From Candidatus Hermodarchaeota archaeon (GTDB lineage Archaea; Asgardarchaeota; Heimdallarchaeia; Hodarchaeales; Hodarchaeaceae), in contig JBHLKY010000001.1 in NCBI GenBank assembly GCA_048886185.1, forward strand, positions 130,436-194,435: a DNA stretch of 64,000 nucleotides, read 5' to 3'. Under the pieces are notes generated by a model. That model was not told the origin of the DNA. It saw only the letters and a program-made list of their open reading frames with translations, and searched no databases. The position numbers and the translations under genes were made by a program. Positions 39,798-49,778 of the stretch are shown here, piece by piece (the stretch's first letter is position 1; each line of letters begins with the position of its first letter).

Positions 39798-40532
39798 TTG
39801 ATCTTTGAAGTATACACACCGCTAAAGGAACATTATACTAAGCTTGATCCTCATGCAGAAACATGGGATCTTTGGATCAAAGGTAATAAAAGTTCTTTAG
39901 AGGTTTATGAGGTTGCTATTGGAACAATTTTGGTTCAAAATACAAATTGGAGTAATGTAAATAAGGCTATAGAGAATTTAAAGAATACAGATATTACTTC
40001 TTTCAAAAAACTACAAAAAATACCACTTGAAACGCTAGAAGAGCTGATTAAACCTGCTGGTTTCTATACACAAAAAGCCTCCTATCTTAAATCCTTAAGT
40101 AATCTCTTCTTAATCCATAGTGATACCAATACATCTCCTTCTCGTGGTGAATTATTAAAATGTAAAGGTATAGGAAAGGAAACAGCTGATTCAATTTTGG
40201 TGTATTGCTTTCAACAACCTATTCCTATTATTGGGACATATACTCGCCGTTTCCTAGCTCGAATACAAGGAAATGCAGATTTTCTAAGAATAAAGTATGA
40301 GAATCTTCAAAAAGTATTAATTGAAGAGCTTAAGGAAGATTCTGAGATATTAGGACGATTTCATGCTTTGGTAGTGGTTCATGGCCAGAATTATTGTCAA
40401 AAAAACAATCCTCTGTGTCCAGAGTGTTTTCTCCTTGATTTATGTACCTATGGGCAGAAACATGAAACAGACTCTAATATAGCTCAAATTCAAAAACAAA
40501 TAACCAAATCTTTGAAGCGAAAAAAGAAATGA
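39798..40532 (+). CDS. HhH-GPD base-excision DNA glycosylase, endonuclease III family with [4Fe-4S] loop
   Basis: HhH 'LLKCKGIGKETADSIL' and C-terminal C-x6-C-x2-C-x5-C ('CQKNNPLCPECFLLDLC'). Confidence 0.65.
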   Translation: MIFEVYTPLKEHYTKLDPHAETWDLWIKGNKSSLEVYEVAIGTILVQNTNWSNVNKAIENLKNTDITSFKKLQKIPLETLEELIKPAGFYTQKASYLKSLSNLFLIHSDTNTSPSRGELLKCKGIGKETADSILVYCFQQPIPIIGTYTRRFLARIQGNADFLRIKYENLQKVLIEELKEDSEILGRFHALVVVHGQNYCQKNNPLCPECFLLDLCTYGQKHETDSNIAQIQKQITKSLKRKKK

Positions 40533-40545
40533 TTTCAGAACAGTG

Positions 40546-40554
40546 TTTTTTTTT
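40546..40554 (+). terminator. oligo-T tract (9 T) after the HhH-GPD gene
   Basis: 'gtgttttttttt' immediately 3' of the 40532 stop. Archaeal terminators are T-runs. Confidence 0.3.
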
Positions 40555-42295
40555 AGCTGATTTTCTTAATTTCTTCTTCTCTTAGTAACCGTCGTAACAC
40601 CTTTCCTACGGCACTTAAAGGAAGGGAATCTCGAATTTCAATCTCTTTGGGTACTTTATACTTTGAAAGACCCTTTTTTGCATACTCCATGAGTTCACTT
40701 TCCGTGATTGATGCCCCTTGTTTTAAGACAATGAACGCCTTCGGCCTTTCTCCTCGATATTCATCAGGAATTCCAATAATCGCTACATTCTCAATTTCTG
40801 GATGTTCAAAGAAATATTCTTCAACTTCACGAGGAAAAACTTTGTATCCAGAGGCAATGATCATATCCTTTTTCCGATCCTCAATATAAATGAACCCGTC
40901 ATCATCCATATGACCAATATCACCCGTTATAAAGTATCCTTGAGTATTCATTACATTGTGAGTTTCTTCTTCTTTATTCCAATAGCCTTTCATCACTTGA
41001 GGTCCTTTAATGCCAAGTTCTCCACTTTCTCCAATTGCCAATTCTTTATTCTTGTCATCTAGATCAAAAACCTTCACACTTGTATCGATAAATGGTATTC
41101 CTACAGATCCCGCTTTCCGATTTAAAGGTGTATTGGCACTAGCTATCGGTGATGTTTCGGTCAAACCCCATCCTTCTAGGAGAGTTGATCCACTTGCTTT
41201 CTCAAATTGTTTCATCACTTCAATAGGTAGCGGAGCGGCTCCTGTTAGACAAAAATCAATAGATTTTAAGTCATATTTCTTAAAATGAGGATGATTAAGT
41301 AAAGCGATGAACCCAGTGGGAACAAATGGGAGAAAGTTTGGTTTATAAGTGTCTATGAGTTCTAATAATTCTGTGAAGTTCCTCTCTCTAGGATTTGGCA
41401 CTAATATAATTTCATCAGCTAAAAATATCGGTAGAATCATAGCCAAAGTCCCTCCAAATAGATGAAAGAGCGGTAAAGCAGCAAGAAAGCGATGTATTCC
41501 TTTTTCTGGTAATCCATCATAAATCGGAATCATCCAATGATATCCAGCAAGACAATTAGTGATTAAATTCCAATGTGTTAACATAACTCCTTTAGGTAAT
41601 CCTGTTGTACCCCCAGTGTAAGGAATCATGGCAACATCATTTTTAGGATCGATTTTTGGATTTGGATAAGAAATAGTCTCATCTTCTTGAATCATCCTTT
41701 TGAAAGGAATATCCTCTGGGTTTAACTTTACTATTTTACCAATTAATCCTCCAAGGAATCCCTTTACTCTACCTATATACGGTTTAATAGAAGCGACAAT
41801 AATGTGTTCAAGGTGATCGACATTTTTAGTAACAGTGTGGATTAGATCTAGAAATGCCTGATCGCCACTCTTCACATCCATTGTTACTATTATTTTTGAT
41901 CCAGAATCCCTGATATGGTACTCTAATTCTTTCTGAGAAAACATTATGTTTAATGGGGCAACTATTGCCCCTAATTTTTGAGTTCCATAGAATGCGATAA
42001 TAAATTCCGGAAAATTGGGCAAAAAAAGAGCAACTCGGTCACTCTTTCGAACTCCTAGTTTGGACAGATGCTTAGCAAAATTTGTTGCCATTTTTTCAAG
42101 CTGTTCAAAAGTAATCCTCGTGGTGCGAAATTGTTTACCTGTAAGTAGTATTGCGGGATTATCTGGAAAAGCTTCAGCGTTTTCTGTTAATACATCAGCT
42201 AGACTTTTTGATGGATAATTCAAAGTCTTTGGGACATTTTTTGGATAACTTTTATACCAAACAGGCTGATCATTCATAATTAGACAACTTCTCAT
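40553..42295 (-). CDS. AMP-dependent acyl-CoA synthetase/ligase (long-chain fatty acid-CoA ligase-like)
   Basis: AMP-binding 'MIPYTGGTTGLPKGVMLTH', plus 'GWGLTE' and 'GDIGHMDDDGFIYIEDRKKDMI'. Confidence 0.85.
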   Translation of the reverse strand: MRSCLIMNDQPVWYKSYPKNVPKTLNYPSKSLADVLTENAEAFPDNPAILLTGKQFRTTRITFEQLEKMATNFAKHLSKLGVRKSDRVALFLPNFPEFIIAFYGTQKLGAIVAPLNIMFSQKELEYHIRDSGSKIIVTMDVKSGDQAFLDLIHTVTKNVDHLEHIIVASIKPYIGRVKGFLGGLIGKIVKLNPEDIPFKRMIQEDETISYPNPKIDPKNDVAMIPYTGGTTGLPKGVMLTHWNLITNCLAGYHWMIPIYDGLPEKGIHRFLAALPLFHLFGGTLAMILPIFLADEIILVPNPRERNFTELLELIDTYKPNFLPFVPTGFIALLNHPHFKKYDLKSIDFCLTGAAPLPIEVMKQFEKASGSTLLEGWGLTETSPIASANTPLNRKAGSVGIPFIDTSVKVFDLDDKNKELAIGESGELGIKGPQVMKGYWNKEEETHNVMNTQGYFITGDIGHMDDDGFIYIEDRKKDMIIASGYKVFPREVEEYFFEHPEIENVAIIGIPDEYRGERPKAFIVLKQGASITESELMEYAKKGLSKYKVPKEIEIRDSLPLSAVGKVLRRLLREEEIKKIS

Positions 42296-42388
42296 TCATT
42301 GACAAAAACTATTCGTTCTATATCTAAATTACCATCTAGCGATTAATACCTGAATATCAAATTAGGTAATGTGTTTGAGGTATAAAAA

Positions 42389-43210
42389 GTGAATACAGAT
42401 GACATTATAAAGGTTGCACTTGACCTAGTGAACATGAATGATCTACCTGCTGACTCAGCCATCTATGTTCCTGGAGAAGGCATTTCAAAGGTGCTTTACG
42501 GAATAGATATTGGGGCAACTGAGTTGCTTTACGCCAAAAAGCATGAATACGACGCTGTGATCGCACACCACCCTGTAGGCGTGGTAAATCAGTTTAAAGT
42601 TTTCTATAGACATATGGAACAGTTGGTTTCAAAAGGTGTACCTAAAGAAATAGCTCAAAAGGTCGTGGATAAGAAGATTCTCGGGCTTAAATTTGGTATA
42701 CATGCACATAATTATGAAATGATCCCCTCTTTTGCACGATTAATTGGAATTCCTTTTCTTAACATTCATTGTCCTTCAGATGAGCTAGGTAGAAGGCTGA
42801 TAACTACTTCAATAAAAGAATTGGTGGAAAAGAAAGAGAATCCTCTTTTAAGCGAAGTTAAAGCGCACCTAGAATCTTCTTTTCCAGAATTTCGTGAAGC
42901 TCAAACCGTAATTGAGATTGCTAAAGGAAATGGTGACAGTCCACTAGGGAATTGGATTTTTAGTCATGGGGCGCTTACTAATGGAGGTTTTAAGATTGCC
43001 GAATGCTATTTTCAGCATGATGTTGATACAGTTATCTATATACATATAGCACCGGCTGAATTATTTCAGATATTAAATTTAAACAGTGGGCAGCTTCTTA
43101 TTACTGGACATTTAGCTTCTGATTCAATTGGAATTAATCCCTTCTTAGATCGATTAGAAGAAAATGGGATTCAAATTACAGCTATTGGTGGATTAATACG
43201 TTCGAAGTGA
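42389..43210 (+). CDS. NIF3/DUF34-like metal-binding protein (tentative)
   Basis: 'DAVIAHHPVG' and a C-terminal 'ITGHLASD'. Weak. Confidence 0.3.
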   Translation: MNTDDIIKVALDLVNMNDLPADSAIYVPGEGISKVLYGIDIGATELLYAKKHEYDAVIAHHPVGVVNQFKVFYRHMEQLVSKGVPKEIAQKVVDKKILGLKFGIHAHNYEMIPSFARLIGIPFLNIHCPSDELGRRLITTSIKELVEKKENPLLSEVKAHLESSFPEFREAQTVIEIAKGNGDSPLGNWIFSHGALTNGGFKIAECYFQHDVDTVIYIHIAPAELFQILNLNSGQLLITGHLASDSIGINPFLDRLEENGIQITAIGGLIRSK

Positions 43211-43223
43211 GAGTAGTACAATT

Positions 43224-43703
43224 ATGGAGGATTTCCCAGTGCGACTTCAAGAATATATTAATGACAATGGACTAAATGCAGAAATAATCTCATTACAAAC
43301 TTCAACAAGAACTGTAGATGAAAGTGTAAACGCATTAGGTTGTGAACCAGAAGAAATAATAAAAACAATCATTGTTGTTACTAATACAAATGAATTTATT
43401 TTGGTTATTCTTCAAGGAAATCGCAAAATAAAGACTAGAAAAGTTAAAAAATTATTAAATGTAAAGGATGTTAAACTTGCTTCACCAAAACAAGTTGAAA
43501 AAGAAACAGGGTATAAAGTGGGGGATGTTCCTCCTATCAGCATAAATCTGCCAGTTATATTAGATGAACTTGTCTTAGAAATGTCAAGAGATTCAAAATT
43601 ATATGGAGGTGGAGGTTCTTCATCGAAACTTATTTCAATTTCTGTTGATGAGCTTCTAGATTGTACTCATCCTCTTATTGCTGATGTTACGACCCCAATA
43701 TAA
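43224..43703 (+). CDS. YbaK/ProX-type aminoacyl-tRNA deacylase domain protein
   Basis: 'TRTVDESVNALGCEPEEIIKTIIV...LVILQGNRKIKTRKVKKLL' follows the YbaK pattern. Confidence 0.45.
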   Translation: MEDFPVRLQEYINDNGLNAEIISLQTSTRTVDESVNALGCEPEEIIKTIIVVTNTNEFILVILQGNRKIKTRKVKKLLNVKDVKLASPKQVEKETGYKVGDVPPISINLPVILDELVLEMSRDSKLYGGGGSSSKLISISVDELLDCTHPLIADVTTPI

Positions 43704-43769
43704 AGGAGGATCATGAATTGAGAATTTAATGTCTGATTTTCTTGACTATTCTTTATTTCATACACTAAA

Positions 43770-43949
43770 TTAATGTAATTTATATTTGTGAGCTCGCTGT
43801 ATCCCCATATGAGTCATTAGATTGATGATCTGATGAAATTTAAGTTTTTTTATGCTCTCTTCCCTTTCTTGTAGGATCAATTCTGTGAAATATTCTTTCA
43901 TAGCTGGTACGAGATCATGAACCACGTTTGAATTCGGGTTTCTAATCAT
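43770..43949 (-). pseudogene. 59-aa remnant duplicating the C-terminus of 43990-45063
   Basis: Minus-strand translation 'MIRNPNSNVVHDLVPAMKEYFTELILQEREESIKKLKFHQIINLMTHMGIQRAHKYKLH' aligns with the parent C-terminus 'IEVAHDLAPAMKEYFIDLSIQGQREKLKRLEFHRVINYYTQMGIRRARAYRLP'. About 65% nucleotide similarity over roughly 100 nt. Confidence 0.5.
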
Positions 43950-43989
43950 TTAGGGGTCAACAGATGATGGTTTCGCCTTATTCGAAATA

Positions 43990-45063
43990 TTATTCCTTTT
44001 TCTGAGGCAATCTATATGCTCTTGCTCGTCTGATGCCCATTTGTGTATAATAATTGATAACACGGTGAAATTCTAACCTTTTTAATTTCTCTCGTTGGCC
44101 CTGAATTGATAAATCAATGAAATATTCTTTCATTGCAGGAGCCAAATCATGAGCAACTTCAATAGGTATTTTGTTCCATTTTCTCAGAAATTTTTGTAAT
44201 TTTAAGAGTTTTCGGGGATTATTAATCACAAATACGTTTTCTTCAGTTGTTATGAAATCCATTGCTTGCATAGATTGAGCTCCAAACACAAGACGAGCGG
44301 GAAAGGCTTCAAAAAGCAACTGACAATAGTTCACAATAACAGCTGAAAATGCACTTATGAGGGCTGAATCTAGCGGAGAATCATACTCTAAATGGATTGG
44401 TACTCCTGCACTTGAGTGAATGACTCCCCAAGGACGAGACGGTGTTAATGTTGAAAAATGAGTTTCGAACAGCTCTCTCAACAAGGCATGAAAAAACAGC
44501 AATTCTTCAAAACTTAATGCAGAGAAGGAACATTCACCATTCCCCACTGTTACATTTTCATTATAGGTTACTGCATTTATTGCTTCTTGGAAAAGCTGAT
44601 CTACGATGTTTTTATCATGATTATTTTCTTCTTGTGAGTAAAATTGTGAATAGATGACTGAAGCACCCCCTGCAAGAATACTCCTCATTTCATCCCAAGG
44701 AGCAGTTTCTAATTCTATTCGACTCATTAGTCTTGTCGTGACAAGAGGGTCAGAAATAACAATGCTGAATCTCTTCAATTTACTAGATAGATTTACAATC
44801 ATAATTTCTCGTGCTTGACTTGGGTGAGGACGAGGATATCTTAACCTTACAATTCCAATTCCCTGACCCCACAATTCTGCTCCTAATCTACTGACAGATC
44901 TCACGAAATCGAGTGTTTGTTCAAGCTTATCTTGGTTGAGATCACCAAAATGCCATTTCACTTCGTTTTCACTAGTTAGAATTGCCCAATTATTGAGATA
45001 TAAACGACGCTGATTAGTAATCATTATAGAATGTTCTCCATGTCTGTTTTTTCTAATGTTCAA
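43990..45063 (-). CDS. hypothetical protein (357 aa), no recognisable motif
   Basis: Long ORF in AT-rich DNA and last gene of the minus-strand operon 46814-43990. The C-terminal paralogous remnant downstream argues it is a real protein family. Confidence 0.5.
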   Translation of the reverse strand: MNIRKNRHGEHSIMITNQRRLYLNNWAILTSENEVKWHFGDLNQDKLEQTLDFVRSVSRLGAELWGQGIGIVRLRYPRPHPSQAREIMIVNLSSKLKRFSIVISDPLVTTRLMSRIELETAPWDEMRSILAGGASVIYSQFYSQEENNHDKNIVDQLFQEAINAVTYNENVTVGNGECSFSALSFEELLFFHALLRELFETHFSTLTPSRPWGVIHSSAGVPIHLEYDSPLDSALISAFSAVIVNYCQLLFEAFPARLVFGAQSMQAMDFITTEENVFVINNPRKLLKLQKFLRKWNKIPIEVAHDLAPAMKEYFIDLSIQGQREKLKRLEFHRVINYYTQMGIRRARAYRLPQKKE

Positions 45064-45183
45064 TCGTTATCTTTAGTACTTCAATGAGGGGACTAAAAAG
45101 GATTTATTTATTAATTATGTAAAATGTAAATAGTAAATTTTCGCAGAATGTTTAGAATTATTTTGTTGCTTTCAATCTTTTTA

Positions 45184-46461
45184 TTAAGACAGAAATAATA
45201 TATCATATATTAAGGTGCCATAATAATTTTCAGTTTCAATTATGGTGATTTGCAGTAAATCCATTGCAGCTTTTTTTCCAACTATCTTAGATAGATTATG
45301 TAAAAGTGAGTCCAAAAATGGGAGGAATGCGTTTTGAAAAAGTGGTGTCATTATTTGTGGGCGAGTATTTAATACAGCTTCTAATTTTTCAAAATATAAG
45401 CCTTTCATATAATTTTCTACAAGCTTAGCAATAGTTATTATCCTTCCTTTGTTTTTTGCCCGTTCTAGCTCATGATTAAATATTGTCTCAAAGATTGTGA
45501 AAGTGAAATTTTCTCCAAACATTTTAACCAGTTGGAGGCGAAATAACTTTAGAAATTCTTCAAAAACAATTAGTAATAAACCAGAATCAGACAAGAGGCT
45601 GATATAACCACTAATTGACAGATATCGAAATAGTTGGATCATCCTCATTTTTTCTTGTGTTGTTAAATTCGCAGAGAGAGACTTAATTGAATGTCTTCCA
45701 TCAATTTTTTGAGTAATCTTAATTCCCCATTCTCCCCAATGTTTAAAAATTGTCTGATAGGCCATTCCTTGTTCTAATATGATACCGATATGAGCTTTTT
45801 CGATTTTAAAAATATCAGTGTTTTTTATTGCAATATCCACTGATTTTAAGTATCCTATCTCTTTTAATATTGCTGTTCTAGCAATACAATATTCTAATGG
45901 CCAATTAATTTTGCGAGAGATTTCTATAATAGCTAATTTCCCATCAAATAATTCCAATAGGGGTTTGTACTTAGATGGGATCTCTATTCCTCTATTTTTA
46001 TAAGCTTCATCTTTTATTTGTTTGAAAATAAGGTTCTCATCTAAATGAGATAGCATAAATTTTCGAGTTAATTCACGAAAAGGAATGTATCTCTGGGTTT
46101 GTATATTTTGTTCTTTGATTTCCTTTAAATAATTAAATTCGAAAATATCAATGATTGCTCTAATTTTTTCCATTAAAATTTGACTTTCATTATCTACTAC
46201 TAAAATAGCTTCGATTTCTTGACCACGTTCAAACATTATTTTCTTTCCTTCCCTTTCAATCACATTTAATGTTCCACTCTCGCTTGATATATTATCCATC
46301 ATACTATCAGAAAATGTCGAAATAGCATTTACCAATCCTCCTAAAATAATGGAATCAGTACGAGGAGCATAACTACTAAATTTAATGTCAAAAATTGTCA
46401 AACCAGAGATGTTTAACAAAAAATAAATGAGACCAGCTTTATCTAGGGATTCATTACTCAT
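45184..46461 (-). CDS. hypothetical protein (425 aa) with a possible N-terminal longin/roadblock-like alpha/beta module
   Basis: N-terminal beta-beta-alpha-beta-beta-beta-alpha pattern ('GLIYFLL','GLTIFDIKF','SIILGGLVNAISTF','TLNVIERE','KKIMFERG','IEAILVVD','SQILMEKIRAIIDIF'). The rest is helical. Confidence 0.45.
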   Translation of the reverse strand: MSNESLDKAGLIYFLLNISGLTIFDIKFSSYAPRTDSIILGGLVNAISTFSDSMMDNISSESGTLNVIEREGKKIMFERGQEIEAILVVDNESQILMEKIRAIIDIFEFNYLKEIKEQNIQTQRYIPFRELTRKFMLSHLDENLIFKQIKDEAYKNRGIEIPSKYKPLLELFDGKLAIIEISRKINWPLEYCIARTAILKEIGYLKSVDIAIKNTDIFKIEKAHIGIILEQGMAYQTIFKHWGEWGIKITQKIDGRHSIKSLSANLTTQEKMRMIQLFRYLSISGYISLLSDSGLLLIVFEEFLKLFRLQLVKMFGENFTFTIFETIFNHELERAKNKGRIITIAKLVENYMKGLYFEKLEAVLNTRPQIMTPLFQNAFLPFLDSLLHNLSKIVGKKAAMDLLQITIIETENYYGTLIYDILFLS

Positions 46462-46814
46462 TTTGGTGCATCATCCAATTTGACGGGACTTGCGGGTTTT
46501 TTTGCTTTAGTTTTCAGCTCATCAAAAAATACTGAAATCTTCCATAATCCAAAGAAAACAAACCCAAATCCTATACTAATCAATACAAGAAAAACTAATT
46601 GTACTAAAGGATTCCAAATTGGATCCTGATAGTTTAAAATTGAGATAATTGTTTGAGAAAGCAAACCACATGAAATAAAAAATGCTCCTAGGCTAATAAT
46701 CTTATTACTGGTTCCAAAAATTCCTTCTAACCGAAATTGTTTAGCAGTTGTAACAAGACTAATCATCATGCAGCATCCATAAAGCATACCACGAATAATG
46801 TCATATTCTTGCAT
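46458..46814 (-). CDS. small 3-TM membrane protein
   Basis: 118 aa. It overlaps the downstream gene by 4 nt. Confidence 0.45.
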   Translation of the reverse strand: MQEYDIIRGMLYGCCMMISLVTTAKQFRLEGIFGTSNKIISLGAFFISCGLLSQTIISILNYQDPIWNPLVQLVFLVLISIGFGFVFFGLWKISVFFDELKTKAKKPASPVKLDDAPK

Positions 46815-47009
46815 ATTTTCACCATCAATTTCCTAGCGACTTTTATTAACTCTTAATTCTCCCTATAAATTCATTTGTATCCAAAATAATTCTGATTTTA
46901 AACTTATGTTCAACAGGAGTTTGGTTTCTAAAACTTTTTAATACGACAAATATCTAATGAGATCTCACTATATAATAATTCCTGAATTAGAAACGACTTG
47001 AGTGATAAT

Positions 47010-48962
47010 CTAATGATGATTAAAGTACTTGTGGTGAGTTTCTAATTGTTTGATTACTTCTTTTTTAAATAAATCAGGTAATCTATAAAGCTCAAAAATT
47101 AAATCATCTAATGAACAACATAATTCTGATATTTTTCCTTTCTCAGTACAGAATGGACATAATTGTAAGAAAATCTCTTTAGAAGATGAAAACTGCTCAA
47201 GTGACTTGCTAAGGGAAGATACTTCTTCTTCGATTGAAGTGCAAATATCATTTTTCAAAGGATTAAGTCGAGGTAGGGGTATCAACCCTATATCTGCTGG
47301 CGGAACAGCTGCTGTTAGGTTAATCTGATGGATAAACCAGTTTATTAGAAGAGAGTTAAAAATTCCTAATAATAAATTAGTAGAAACATATATTGAAGTC
47401 GAATTACAATCTAAAAGAAAATAATTCAAGTTATTTTCGACCCAAATTCTGTTGTGAGTTTTAAGGTGGTCTTCCGAGATCAAACCAGAAACAACTCTAC
47501 GTAATTGTTCTCTAGCAGTAATTCGTTGGAACACAATTCGGGGAGTATTGGCGTGCTTTTTTCGAAAGATAGTGTTATCCATTGATGATGGTTGTAAGTA
47601 CCAACGAGGCTTATGGCGATTTTCTGATAGATTGATTATAAAAGGATGGACATTCTTCCCATTTAATACAATCTCGAAATTTGAAATGTTATCTTTTTCA
47701 AGAATCTTTTTATAGTAAAAAGGTCGGATTTTGCTATCAGCAGGTCTTATTTCTCCGCTTTGAATTTTGTATACATCTTTTAAACAGATAGAATTCTTTC
47801 TAATAAGCCTAATTATTTCAAATGTTTTAGGGTATGGTGAAGGAATAATTTTATCCTGAAAAAGTAGAAGGGGGGTTGAAATGTCACCTTCAGTAATTTC
47901 ACCTAGGACTAATTCTTCTATATTACAGGTTCGTATTATATGAGTTTGCTCTTTTTCTTCACCCCCTTTCTTCTTCTGTAAAACTAATAAGCAGGTTCCT
48001 TGAAGAACATTAGGAAAGATATGAGTTCGACTTACAAAATCAACCACTTCGCGTAAATGGAATTGCGAGAGAAGGAATTTACGAACCTCTACACTATAAT
48101 AATCAGTCAATACTGAATTTGAAGTTAAGAAAGTTGCGATTCCATCTGAAGTCAAAAGCTCATTCACACGGGTTAAAAAAAGGTGATAAAGATTAAATCG
48201 ATTAATAAATATCTGTTTTTGGTATAATTGGCGATAAATTTGGTTATCTTTTGATGAAATATCTTTTGTTACATAGGGTGGATTACATAAAACGAGATTA
48301 AAACCTTTATTTTCATGATTAAAAATTCTTGGAAATTCCTTATACCAATGAAAAAATTGATTTTCGTTAATACTTAATTCTTCTTTCTGGAGTAATTCAA
48401 GAAATCTTTTTTGATCTTCAGGTTTAGTACTTCCAAGTAAGACATTACCATGCCTAATCTGGTGATTTAAAGTGTTCTGCACTTCTTTGAGCTTATTTTG
48501 AGTTAAATTGGATTCATTTTGTCCTAATAACCATTTTTTTAGCTCCTTTTGGCAAGTATGAATTGCTTTAGGATTAAAATCTACTCCATGTAAATTGTTC
48601 TGGATTATCTGAAATCTAACATCTGTTGAATCTGAGGAATTACAATGAATTGCTTCTAGAAATTTACCTGCTTCTAAAAGAAAAACTCCATTTCCAACTC
48701 CAAGATCGAGAATTTTGATATCCTTTATTAGCTCTTGCATTTGTAGGCGTGTTGAATAATTAATGGTATCTTTAGGAATTTTTGATGCTGTTACCTGTGA
48801 TAAGAATTTCAATAATAATTTTTTAGGTAATCGTTGGTGAAAAAATTGTTGGAATGCCGACCAGACCACAAATTGAGCTAGTATGGTTGGTGTGTAATAG
48901 GTACCAAGCGATTCTTTCTTATTTGAGGATTTCACTTGTAACACCTGGTGAGACCCGTTCAT
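47010..48962 (-). CDS. gamma-class N6-adenine DNA methyltransferase
   Basis: 'LGTYYTPTILAQFVV', motif I 'ILDLGVGNGVFLLEAGKF', motif IV 'LVLCNPPYVTKD', then a roughly 330-aa C-terminal region with a 'CPFCTEKGKISELCC' ribbon. Confidence 0.75.
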   Translation of the reverse strand: MNGSHQVLQVKSSNKKESLGTYYTPTILAQFVVWSAFQQFFHQRLPKKLLLKFLSQVTASKIPKDTINYSTRLQMQELIKDIKILDLGVGNGVFLLEAGKFLEAIHCNSSDSTDVRFQIIQNNLHGVDFNPKAIHTCQKELKKWLLGQNESNLTQNKLKEVQNTLNHQIRHGNVLLGSTKPEDQKRFLELLQKEELSINENQFFHWYKEFPRIFNHENKGFNLVLCNPPYVTKDISSKDNQIYRQLYQKQIFINRFNLYHLFLTRVNELLTSDGIATFLTSNSVLTDYYSVEVRKFLLSQFHLREVVDFVSRTHIFPNVLQGTCLLVLQKKKGGEEKEQTHIIRTCNIEELVLGEITEGDISTPLLLFQDKIIPSPYPKTFEIIRLIRKNSICLKDVYKIQSGEIRPADSKIRPFYYKKILEKDNISNFEIVLNGKNVHPFIINLSENRHKPRWYLQPSSMDNTIFRKKHANTPRIVFQRITAREQLRRVVSGLISEDHLKTHNRIWVENNLNYFLLDCNSTSIYVSTNLLLGIFNSLLINWFIHQINLTAAVPPADIGLIPLPRLNPLKNDICTSIEEEVSSLSKSLEQFSSSKEIFLQLCPFCTEKGKISELCCSLDDLIFELYRLPDLFKKEVIKQLETHHKYFNHH

Positions 48963-48977
48963 TTCAACAATAATTAT

Positions 48978-49778
48978 TTATAGAAAGCTGTCTAGATTGA
49001 TGATTTGACTCCGATTAATATATTCAAGTCGAGATTGAAAAGATTTGGCATTTTCCAAATTCTTCTGAGACTCAAGAACATATTCTGGATTGATTTCAAT
49101 CCCTAGATATTTGCGATCGAGGAGTTTAGCTACGATTGCAGTTGTTCCTACTCCAAGAAAAGGGTCGAAAACTAGGTCTCCTTCATCAGAAGATGTCAGA
49201 ATTATCCTTTCCATGAAAGTTAAAGGTAATTGAGTAGGGTGTTTATCATGTCTCTTCTTTCTATGCTTGATTCTATAAATATTAGTCCAGATATCTGAAA
49301 ATGGCTTTTCTATCAAAGGAGTATTGATTCGTTTATCAATACATTGTGCTCGTGCGCAATGAGTCCAATTATGCTTAGAAGTTAATTTGTTGAACGTGTA
49401 CTTCTTGTTTGATTTTGTGTAGAAAAGTAATGAATAATGAGCAGGCATTATCTTACCACGGGGAGCTGATAAAGCATCCCAAGCGATGGTATTTTGTCGA
49501 AATAAGAATTTATCTAAAAAAACTGCATGATTAATAGCCCATTTTGGAAGATTTAATAGATAGAACGATCCGTCTGGCTTTAATAATCGTACTATTTCAA
49601 TAATCCATTTTTCAGCCCATTTAAGATAATTTTGAGTGGTAGTGGAATCATCATATATACCATAATCTTTCTCCAGATTATAAGGAGGATCTGCAAAAGC
49701 TAAATCGACTATGCCTGAGGGAAGGTTTTTCATTTCTTCAATGCAATCCCCATTGATAATTCGATTTTCAAAACTCAT
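48978..49778 (-). CDS. beta-class DNA methyltransferase (N4-C or N6-A)
   Basis: Motif IV 'AFADPPYNLEKDYG' is N-terminal. 'FSDIWTNIY', 'HPTQLPLTFMERIILTSSDEGDLVFDPFLGVGTTAIVA' (motif I) is C-terminal. Confidence 0.8.
   Translation of the reverse strand: MSFENRIINGDCIEEMKNLPSGIVDLAFADPPYNLEKDYGIYDDSTTTQNYLKWAEKWIIEIVRLLKPDGSFYLLNLPKWAINHAVFLDKFLFRQNTIAWDALSAPRGKIMPAHYSLLFYTKSNKKYTFNKLTSKHNWTHCARAQCIDKRINTPLIEKPFSDIWTNIYRIKHRKKRHDKHPTQLPLTFMERIILTSSDEGDLVFDPFLGVGTTAIVAKLLDRKYLGIEINPEYVLESQKNLENAKSFQSRLEYINRSQIINLDSFL

Noticed and set aside
43990-46461. Calling the two unknown proteins restriction endonucleases
   Set aside because: I scanned for PD-(D/E)xK, HNH, GIY-YIG and Walker motifs and found none convincing. 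I keep them as 'unknown' rather than assign a nuclease role.
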